Below, one piece after another: positions 17,812-24,272 of a stretch of 24,272 bases of DNA. The notes under the pieces were generated by a model, which saw only the letters and a program-made list of their open reading frames with translations, was not told the origin of the DNA and did no database searches. The first letter of the stretch is position 1; each line of letters starts with the position of its first letter. Origin of the DNA: a virus; the UHGV virus genome UHGV-0102815. One strand, 5' to 3'. The position numbers and the translations under genes are program-made.

Positions 17812-18665
17812 GCACGCACTCCGTACACGGCAGAACTATCCACGCCACGCGAAGGATCAAATCCCACCCAGCAGCGCACCCCAGAAACAGCGATGATTTC
17901 TGCTGCAAATTTACTCTCACCAGCTGCTACGCCGATGCTGCGTTTTGCCTTGATGTAGTGGTGAGTAAAATTGCGATACAGCGAACGGATCAGGGATGTG
18001 TCACTGTTAGAAACAATGACCGGATGTCCTTCTGATGACCGATGTTCAAGAACGGATGCCAGGTGATACTGGTCATCTTCAGTGAAGCCGTCAGTGTGAT
18101 AACCGGAAAACGTGCCGTCATACGGCGGATCGCAATACACCACATCCCCCGCCTTCAACATCGCCAGCGTTTCATCAAAGCTGGCGCAGATAAACGTTGC
18201 CCGCTGAGCTTTTTCTGCAAATGCGCGAATTTCTTTTTCAGGGAAATACGGATTTTTATAATTACCGTAGGGAATGTTGAAATGCCCGCTCTTGTTATAG
18301 CGACATAAACCACGGTAACCGTGACGATTGAGATACAGGAAATATACCGCTTTCATGAAATCAGTAATTTCAGTGGAGTAATTAAACTCCTGCCTTATGT
18401 TGTAATAAGCCACCTCCCTGTTTGCTTCCTCAAACAAAATTCTGGCGCTAGATATAAACGCCTCACAATCAGCAGCAACCTTTTTATAGAGGTTGATTAA
18501 ATCAGGATTAATATCCGCAACCAGATAGCTGGGATAATCCGTCTCCATCATCACTGCACAGGAACCCGCGAAAGGTTCAACCAGTCGCGGGCCAGCAGGA
18601 AGATGTTTTTTCAGTTCGGACATAATGGCGGTTTTATTTCCCGCCCATTTCAGGATGGTGCTCAT
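17808..18665 (-). CDS. dam: DNA adenine methyltransferase (Dam family)
   Basis: N-terminal KWAGNK (Dam motif I-like), FAGSCAV (AdoMet binding) and catalytic DPPY; stop overlaps the start of A. Confidence 0.9.
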   Translation of the reverse strand: MSTILKWAGNKTAIMSELKKHLPAGPRLVEPFAGSCAVMMETDYPSYLVADINPDLINLYKKVAADCEAFISSARILFEEANREVAYYNIRQEFNYSTEITDFMKAVYFLYLNRHGYRGLCRYNKSGHFNIPYGNYKNPYFPEKEIRAFAEKAQRATFICASFDETLAMLKAGDVVYCDPPYDGTFSGYHTDGFTEDDQYHLASVLEHRSSEGHPVIVSNSDTSLIRSLYRNFTHHYIKAKRSIGVAAGESKFAAEIIAVSGVRCWVGFDPSRGVDSSAVYGVRA

Positions 18666-18889
18666 ACAGCACCTCCGTTGTAATGTTTACCTTTCAGCTC
18701 TGCGATTTCCTGACAGGTAATGCAAAGCTGCACACCCGGAATGGCGCGGCGGCGTGCTGGCGGAATTGGCGCTTCACACTCAATGCAAAGCACGCGGGAC
18801 ACGCCCGGTGTTTTAGCACGGGCAGCACAGATATGGCGCTGGCGTTCTTCTTCAACGCGCTGCTGTACGAGATCCATTGCATCAGCCAT
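18662..18889 (-). CDS. TraR/DksA-family C4 zinc-finger protein
   Basis: CIECEAPIPP...CITCQ gives a CxxC-N17-CxxC spacing; small protein in the early region, comparable to P2 orf82. Confidence 0.75.
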   Translation of the reverse strand: MADAMDLVQQRVEEERQRHICAARAKTPGVSRVLCIECEAPIPPARRRAIPGVQLCITCQEIAELKGKHYNGGAV

Positions 18890-19128
18890 TAGTGGATCTC
18901 CTGCGCTTCGTTCTGGATTGCTTCAGCAGTCACACGCAGCAGTTCTGCCGCTTCGACGTGGTTTAGCTGGCGGGATGTGATATGACACGCCAGGCTATCA
19001 AGGCGAGCTGCCATTGCTTCAGCCCTTGCCCGGCGTTCTTCCAGACGAGCCTCTGTCAGTAAAATATTAAGCCCTGCGTCATCCGGTCCGGTTTTAGTCG
19101 TGAGGGTTTCAATATTACGCATAATCAA
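18889..19128 (-). CDS. Hypothetical early protein (79 aa)
   Basis: ORF translationally coupled to the downstream zinc-finger gene; Ala/Glu-rich helical composition. Confidence 0.6.
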   Translation of the reverse strand: MIMRNIETLTTKTGPDDAGLNILLTEARLEERRARAEAMAARLDSLACHITSRQLNHVEAAELLRVTAEAIQNEAQEIH

Positions 19129-19189
19129 TTCTCCTGAATTTAGATAAAGGGATGCCCGGCGGGTTTACGCCATTAATTTCATTAGTTGG

Positions 19190-19531
19190 TTAATTCGGCA
19201 TGGTTAGCCGTCTGGGAAATAAGCTCACCACTGCACGAAAATGATTCATTGCTTTAATCAGCTCCCGCTTTTCGTCAGTAGTCAGCTCATTAATGCTGAT
19301 GCTATGACGTTCAGCTGGAATTTTTGCCATAAAGAATATAGCAGCCAGTGCCCGTTTATTTTGTTCATTATTGATATCCCGTGGGTCACGCATATCTTTA
19401 ATAAACCGCTCAAGCTCTGACTCAATATTCAGGCCAAAAACTTTCGCCCTTAATTCCGCTATGTGATTAAGTCCATTCAGGCGTTCGCCGGGGCTTAATG
19501 GAACAGTCGCCGCAGCGCCATTAATTGCCAT
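19190..19531 (-). CDS. Hypothetical early protein (113 aa)
   Basis: ORF with GGGGA RBS upstream; no recognisable motif. Confidence 0.6.
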   Translation of the reverse strand: MAINGAAATVPLSPGERLNGLNHIAELRAKVFGLNIESELERFIKDMRDPRDINNEQNKRALAAIFFMAKIPAERHSISINELTTDEKRELIKAMNHFRAVVSLFPRRLTMPN

Positions 19532-19553
19532 AATTCATATCCCCAAAACGCAA

Positions 19554-19778
19554 CTATCGTTCTTTGTTCTTACGGTAACGCTCAAGGGGAGATACATTTT
19601 TTCGTACCGTCTCTTTAACCTGCTCTCCCCGTAAAAACGTCCCATCCTTTAACGTGAAAAAGTAACTGCCATCGCCCGACAACGACGGATAACAACAGAG
19701 CAAATCATCTTCAGGTACTGAATAACTATCCCCTCTGTAACGAAACTGATAAACCACTTCACTTTCTGCCGCATACAT
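19554..19778 (-). CDS. Hypothetical small early protein (74 aa), possible fil/dhr-class gene
   Basis: ORF downstream of cII in the position of the 186 fil/dhr genes; overlaps the neighbouring ORF in another frame. Confidence 0.45.
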   Translation of the reverse strand: MYAAESEVVYQFRYRGDSYSVPEDDLLCCYPSLSGDGSYFFTLKDGTFLRGEQVKETVRKNVSPLERYRKNKER

Positions 19779-19945
19779 TTGGACTTTCTCCGTTTCCTCG
19801 TGGTCACTTCAGACAGCAATTCATCTTGTGAATAACATGGATGCCAGCGTTTACCATCCTCACCCATGATCCAGCCGTGACCGTAGTGCATTGCCGGGCT
19901 TTGTTTTACCAGCAGCGATGCAAATGATGGTTCTTTCGTAAGCAT
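19649..19945 (-). CDS. Hypothetical small early protein; extent uncertain
   Basis: ATG 19945 with GAGGT RBS immediately after the cII stop; 3' part overlaps the 74-aa ORF, so the true stop is unclear. Confidence 0.35.
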   Translation of the reverse strand: MLTKEPSFASLLVKQSPAMHYGHGWIMGEDGKRWHPCYSQDELLSEVTTRKRRKSKCMRQKVKWFISFVTEGIVIQYLKMICSVVIRRCRAMAVTFSR

Positions 19946-19952
19946 AAGCACC

Positions 19953-20471
19953 TCACAGCAAACCGAATGAAGCACCGAGGCCAGTCACGGTATCAACTGC
20001 ACTCGCCATCGCAGGATTAGCCTGTAAACGGGCCTGCAATGAAACAGCAGCCAACGCCATCAGTCGTGTTACAGAGTTAATGCTGCTGATCGCATCACGA
20101 CGACCTGTGCTGGTTTTCACATCACCAGATACCGCACCAGCAGCAACACGCCCAATCTCTGCGGTTGCACTCATGACGTAATGCGGCAGTTTCTCTTTTG
20201 CTACCTCATTAATCGGTACGCATGGCAGGCAGTGAATCTGAGCCAGAAAACCATCTACCAGCGTTGAATCTTCAGTCAGATCGGTAAGCAGCCAGATTTC
20301 TGGTGCGGTTAATAAATGAGGTTGAGCAGGGTTCAACTTGTTTCGCAGAATCTGCACATTCATTCCTGCACGTCCTGCCAGCTGCACCAGGTTGTGGCGC
20401 AGTGCGAATGCACGACAGGCTTCATCAAAATGTGGATGTTTGGAAACTTGGTAATCAAACATGGTTTTCAA
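19953..20471 (-). CDS. cII: CII-like transcriptional activator (186 CII / CP76 family)
   Basis: Translation [25 protein letters not shown]...[43 protein letters not shown] matches 186 CII as I recall it; start may be the second Met (20462). Confidence 0.8.
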   Translation of the reverse strand: MKTMFDYQVSKHPHFDEACRAFALRHNLVQLAGRAGMNVQILRNKLNPAQPHLLTAPEIWLLTDLTEDSTLVDGFLAQIHCLPCVPINEVAKEKLPHYVMSATAEIGRVAAGAVSGDVKTSTGRRDAISSINSVTRLMALAAVSLQARLQANPAMASAVDTVTGLGASFGLL

Positions 20472-20526
20472 TTCCGAACTTATCGCAAAATCGAACTCAG
20501 CGTCTTATTGCGAAAATAGACGTCTA

Positions 20527-20730
20527 TTAAGCAGACAAAGCATCAACAGTCAGAGCAGCCAGGTTAATCATTACCTTTTCACGTTTTTTGTCTTTACGAA
20601 GACGATGACGAGGTAGTCGGCCATCAGCCAACATATCGTTAATCGTATCAATAGAAAGGCCAGTCAGTTCGCTATAACGTTCGATTGTGACATGTGGTGT
20701 ATTCAGAGTAATTGAAATGTTAGGTGTCAT
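20527..20730 (-). CDS. apl: Apl/Cox-like small HTH protein (excisionase / switch repressor)
   Basis: 67-aa protein with helix-turn-helix ([19 protein letters not shown]), first gene of the transcript divergent from cI. Confidence 0.7.
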   Translation of the reverse strand: MTPNISITLNTPHVTIERYSELTGLSIDTINDMLADGRLPRHRLRKDKKREKVMINLAALTVDALSA

Positions 20731-20819
20731 AAGGCAACATTCCTTCTAGATATGGCTTGTGGCGAGCCGTTGTTTGTCGTGATTAGTAGTGAAGGCTCCA
20801 AAAGAAGACTTCTGGTTCA

Positions 20820-20848
20820 ACTTTAAGATCGCTTTTGGAATCTGTCAA
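20820..20848 (-). promoter_or_regulatory. Candidate lytic promoter pR (-35 TTGACA, 17-bp spacer, -10 TAAAGT) directed toward apl
   Basis: Minus strand reads TTGACA-gattccaaaagcgatct-TAAAGT; flanked by imperfect repeats of TTTTGGA(A/T)T that could be operator sites. Confidence 0.4.
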
Positions 20849-20875
20849 CGAATTTTGGATTTCTTTGGAGGATTT

Positions 20876-21445
20876 GTGGATTTCAATAGCGGCGGTAAGA
20901 AAGCCATAGAACGTTTGGTTGAAGCATACGGGTTCGGTACCCGTCAGGCTCTCTGTGATCATTTAGGTGTTTCTAAGAGCACCATGGCAACGCGTTATAT
21001 GCGTGATATTTTTCCGGCAGATTGGGTAATCCAGTGCGCCCTTGAAACGGGTACCTCGCTTAATTGGCTAACAACAGGGCATGGTTCAAAGCAAGCATCA
21101 GCAAATACAAATACTATAGAAGTAGTAAAATATTTATTGTCTGATGGAGCATTGCAGGAAGACGGTTTTTATATTTTTGATAAGGGATTTCTACCCTCTA
21201 CGTTTAAAAAACCTTTTGTCATCACAGATAACAATTCTGAATTTATTTGTGATAAAGAATTTGATGATATACGTGATGGTAAATGGGTAATAAGTATTGA
21301 TGGCGAAATAACAATCCGCGACATCACTCGTTTACCCGGTGGAAGAATTTTCGTTGAAGGTGGAAACAGAGCCTTCGAGTGCAAGATAGAAGATGTTGAA
21401 ATAATTGGAAAAATTATAAGCTTAACAGTTAAGTATGTTAGATAA
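20876..21445 (+). CDS. cI: CI-like immunity repressor (186 CI type)
   Basis: Start placed at GTG 20876 after GGAGGA; translation ...EAYGFGTRQALCDHLGVSKSTMATRYMR...CALETGTSLNWLTTGHG... and C-terminal ...WVISIDGEITIRDITRLPGGRIFVEGG... resemble 186 CI. Confidence 0.8.
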   Translation: MDFNSGGKKAIERLVEAYGFGTRQALCDHLGVSKSTMATRYMRDIFPADWVIQCALETGTSLNWLTTGHGSKQASANTNTIEVVKYLLSDGALQEDGFYIFDKGFLPSTFKKPFVITDNNSEFICDKEFDDIRDGKWVISIDGEITIRDITRLPGGRIFVEGGNRAFECKIEDVEIIGKIISLTVKYVR

Positions 21446-21460
21446 TACCTGGAGGAAACT

Positions 21461-21643
21461 ATGCTTGGTAAGTTTTTTTTTGTGGTTTTATCATGCTCTT
21501 TGCTATTAAACCCACTAACTACCTATGCTAAAAATTATCCTTGTTCTGGGAAAAAGGGAGGTGTCTCTCACTGTACCTCTGATGGAAAATTTGTTTGCAA
21601 TGATGGAACCATCAGTAAATCCAAAAAAACATGCATCAAATAA
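21461..21643 (+). CDS. Small cysteine-rich exported peptide (60-aa precursor)
   Basis: Strong RBS (GGAGGaaact-ATG); N-terminal signal peptide with likely cleavage after TYA; predicted mature 37-aa peptide is Lys-rich with four Cys. Confidence 0.5.
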   Translation: MLGKFFFVVLSCSLLLNPLTTYAKNYPCSGKKGGVSHCTSDGKFVCNDGTISKSKKTCIK

Positions 21644-21656
21644 TAAGGAAATATGA

Positions 21657-22988
21657 ATGAGCACAGATATAACTTTCGATATACGTGATGAATATAAAAG
21701 AAAAGCCATTGCAGAAAAAATAATAAGTTTGCTAGAGTCTAATATTCCTGTTTCACCTATGGTCATAGATGGGGACTGGGGGACTGGAAAAACAGAGTTT
21801 TCAAAAAAGTTAGCATCCTTAATTGAAATAAACTCGACCAATCATAAAGTAATTTATATAGATGCTTTTACTGAAGATCACAACGATGCTCCCATACTTA
21901 CAATAATGGCCGCAATTGCAGCTCTATATAATAGCGATGAAAAAAAGGAATTAATATCTAAGGCATTGCCAGCCCTCAGATTCGGACTTAAGACTGTACT
22001 CAAAGCTGGTGCTGGTTGGGTATTAAAACAAAATGCGGATGAAATTAATAAGGAATTTGAAGAGGTTATCAAAGACGCTGCAAATTCAGCTATCGATGGA
22101 ACCATCGAGGCTCTGTTAGAAGATCATATCGAGGCACAAAAGAACGTTCTTGCTCTAAAAGAAGTACTAACCAAATTAGCTGGAGAAAGTAAACTAACAA
22201 TAATTATAGATGAGTTAGACAGATGTAAGCCTAGTTTTGCCATTTCTATTATTGAAAATATAAAACATGTTTTTGATATAAAAAACATTAACTTTTTATT
22301 AATTGCAAACACAACTCAACTAAAAGCATCCATAAATCATATCTATGGCTCTTCTGTAGACTCCAACCGTTATCTTGACAAATTTATAAAATTTACATAC
22401 AGCCTTCCTGTTACCTTTAAGGAAGATAATTATAATGATACTTTAACTTCCAAAAATCATTGGATGATGCTATGTGAGCAATCTGAAAGGCTGACCGCTG
22501 CAGTAGAAGCCAGCGAAGATATTTTCTTACAGTTCATTGAAAGTAGAAAATTATCATTACGTGAGGTTGAAACACTTGCTAGATATGTTGAAATATACCA
22601 ACTACTATCAGGCGACAAAATTAGCAACAAATATATTTATGGATATTGTTATTACAGGACTCTAGCGATAATAATCTACACTTTTAACCGAGAGTTAGCT
22701 CTCAACTTTCTTGAAGATAAAGTTGATGCTCAATCAATCATGAAATTGTTTGGTTTATCTAAATTTTCATATCAAACAAGTGAATATAATGTAGATAATT
22801 ATGAATATGCTATATTTGGAATAGTTTACAAATACTTATCTGAAAACTCATCTCTTTTACCTGCTGAGGAAAATATAAAAAGACAATGGGCAGAAATGAG
22901 TGAATACCATTTTTTAAAAGGTGGTGGCGGTATTGGTGAACCAACAAATATTGTGAAAGATGCTTTAAAAGTTTTTTTACTTCAGTGA
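21657..22988 (+). CDS. KAP-family P-loop NTPase
   Basis: Walker A GDWGTGKT and Walker B IIIDELDRC separated by a long insert, typical of KAP NTPases; AT-rich; inserted between cI and int. Confidence 0.8.
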   Translation: MSTDITFDIRDEYKRKAIAEKIISLLESNIPVSPMVIDGDWGTGKTEFSKKLASLIEINSTNHKVIYIDAFTEDHNDAPILTIMAAIAALYNSDEKKELISKALPALRFGLKTVLKAGAGWVLKQNADEINKEFEEVIKDAANSAIDGTIEALLEDHIEAQKNVLALKEVLTKLAGESKLTIIIDELDRCKPSFAISIIENIKHVFDIKNINFLLIANTTQLKASINHIYGSSVDSNRYLDKFIKFTYSLPVTFKEDNYNDTLTSKNHWMMLCEQSERLTAAVEASEDIFLQFIESRKLSLREVETLARYVEIYQLLSGDKISNKYIYGYCYYRTLAIIIYTFNRELALNFLEDKVDAQSIMKLFGLSKFSYQTSEYNVDNYEYAIFGIVYKYLSENSSLLPAEENIKRQWAEMSEYHFLKGGGGIGEPTNIVKDALKVFLLQ

Positions 22989-23067
22989 TATGTATGGCTA
23001 TACAAATTCATACATTGACACTGGTTATACATACAGTAAAAATGCTCTCCACTGGAGGGCATTTTTT

Positions 23068-24120
23068 ATGGCAGTACGAAAACTCACCACAGGAAAATGG
23101 CTTTGCGAATGTTACCCCGCCGGACGTAGTGGACGTCGTGTGCGTAAACAATTCGCCACCAAAGGCGAAGCTCTGGCTTTTGAGCGTCACACGATGGAAG
23201 AAACCGAAGCAAAGCCCTGGCTGGGTGAATCAGTGGATCGTCGAACACTGAAAGACGTGGTTGAACTATGGTTCAAACTACATGGTAAATCTCTGACTGC
23301 TGGGCAGCATGTCTATGACAAATTGCTGCTGATGGCTGACGCTCTGGGCAATCCCCTTGCAACCGATCTCACATCTAAAATGTTTGCCCATTATCGAGAT
23401 AAACGACTGACAGGTGAGATCTACTTCAGCGAGAAATGGAAGAAAGGAGCCAGCCCGGTCACCATTAACCTGGAGCAAAGCTATCTAAGTAGTGTTTTTA
23501 GCGAACTATCCCGTCTGGGCGAATGGTCGTATCCGAACCCACTGGAGAACATGCGAAAATTCACCATCGCAGAAAAAGAGATGGCATGGCTTACCCATGA
23601 GCAGATTGTTGAATTACTGGCTGATTGCAAACGTCAGGACCCAATTCTGGCACTGGTAGTTAAGATATGCTTAAGCACAGGCGCACGCTGGCGAGAAGCC
23701 GTAAATCTTACTCGTTCACAGGTGACCAAATACCGAATTACCTTTGTCAGAACGAAGGGGAAGAAAAACAGAAGCATCCCTATCAGTAAAGAGCTTTACG
23801 AAGAGATCATGGCGCTTGATGGGTTCAATTTCTTCACAGACTGCTATTTTCAATTTTTATCCGTGATGGAAAAAACGTCTATCGTGCTCCCTCGCGGTCA
23901 ACTGACACACGTTCTGCGCCATACGTTTGCGGCGCACTTCATGATGTCGGGTGGAAACATCCTGGCCTTACAAAAAATTCTCGGACACCACGATATAAAA
24001 ATGACTATGCGTTACGCACATCTGGCACCGGATCATCTGGAAACGGCGCTCCGTTTCAATCCTCTGGCAACATTGCCAAGTGGCGACAAAGTGGCGGCAG
24101 CGGTTGGCATTACCCCGTAA
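23068..24120 (+). CDS. int: Tyrosine integrase (P2/186 Int family)
   Basis: Translation from MAVRKLTTGKW...GRSGRRVRKQFATKGEALAFE resembles the P2 Int N-terminus; C-terminus has ARW, HVLRHTFAAHFM and MRYAHL (R-H-R-Y catalytic residues); start at ATG 23068 after GGAGGG. Confidence 0.93.
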   Translation: MAVRKLTTGKWLCECYPAGRSGRRVRKQFATKGEALAFERHTMEETEAKPWLGESVDRRTLKDVVELWFKLHGKSLTAGQHVYDKLLLMADALGNPLATDLTSKMFAHYRDKRLTGEIYFSEKWKKGASPVTINLEQSYLSSVFSELSRLGEWSYPNPLENMRKFTIAEKEMAWLTHEQIVELLADCKRQDPILALVVKICLSTGARWREAVNLTRSQVTKYRITFVRTKGKKNRSIPISKELYEEIMALDGFNFFTDCYFQFLSVMEKTSIVLPRGQLTHVLRHTFAAHFMMSGGNILALQKILGHHDIKMTMRYAHLAPDHLETALRFNPLATLPSGDKVAAAVGITP

Positions 24121-24141
24121 TAACCACCACTGACCACCAAC

Positions 24142-24175
24142 CTAACTTATTGTTTTTAATCTAACTTATTGTTTT
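24142..24175. repeat. Two direct repeats of ctaacttattgtttt spaced 19 bp apart downstream of int; possible arm-type sites in the attachment region
   Basis: Identical 15-mers at 24142-24156 and 24161-24175. Confidence 0.4.
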
Positions 24176-24180
24176 CATTA

Positions 24181-24206
24181 ACCCGTTTACATAAATGGGT
24201 TTTTTG
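24181..24206 (+). terminator. Candidate rho-independent terminator after int
   Basis: Hairpin acccgttta-ca-taaatgggt followed by tttttt. Confidence 0.45.
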
Positions 24207-24272
24207 TTATCTAAAATTTATCTACTACCCTGCAACCCTCTCAACCATCCTCAAAATCTCCTCGCGCGATAG

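Larger units (their letters stand above)
1..24272 (-). mobile_element. P2-family (186-like) prophage, partial; late morphogenesis genes through replication, lysis-lysogeny switch and integrase
   Basis: Gene order H-I-J-W-V-S-R-lysis-X-L-M-N-O on one strand with P-Q divergent, then A, cII/apl/cI and int; matches P2/186 synteny from the translations. Confidence 0.9.

Noticed and set aside
18662-18889. Zinc-finger ORF as the late activator Ogr/B
   Set aside because: Cysteine spacing and sequence fit the TraR/DksA family better, and in P2/186 the late activator maps on the other side of att, outside this window.
19953-20471. 172-aa ORF as P2 gpB
   Set aside because: The sequence resembles 186 CII (HTH regulator), and it sits directly after the apl-like gene as in 186.
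20789-20875. N-terminal extension of the cI ORF (MKAPKEDFWFNF...)
   Set aside because: The extension covers the switch promoter region; a GTG at 20876 with a GGAGGA RBS gives a product of the expected repressor length.
22990-23067. N-terminal extension of the integrase ORF (MYGYTNSY...)
   Set aside because: Homology to P2 Int begins at the Met at 23068, which has a GGAGGG RBS; the extension overlaps a promoter-like region.
24121-24272. tRNA gene at the integration site
   Set aside because: No cloverleaf-compatible sequence or T-loop motif is visible in the 150 bp available; a tRNA may lie beyond the window.

Overview
The window is almost entirely one P2-family (186-like) temperate prophage of an enterobacterium, read in reverse relative to the canonical P2 map. 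All calls come from reading the translations and the DNA by eye against remembered P2/186 proteins; no searches were run. From left to right: the 5' part of tail-fibre gene H (with 168-bp in-frame tandem repeats), baseplate and tail-completion genes I-J-W-V-S-R, the lysis cassette (spanins LysC/LysB, LysA, SAR endolysin, holin), X-L-M-N-O head genes, then terminase P and portal Q on the plus strand. After Q comes an AT-rich three-gene operon of unknown function (12249-14470, minus), then a likely cos site, a LexA-boxed two-gene SOS operon ending in a DinI/Tum-like protein, replication gene A, a Dam methyltransferase, small early genes, CII-like and Apl-like regulators, the CI-like repressor, a second AT-rich insert (a small cysteine-rich exported peptide plus a KAP-family P-loop NTPase) and the integrase with its downstream region. 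The two AT-rich cargo loci are the best candidates for undescribed systems, most plausibly anti-phage or superinfection-exclusion modules; I could not assign the three-gene operon to any family I know. No rRNA, tRNA or CRISPR array was seen.
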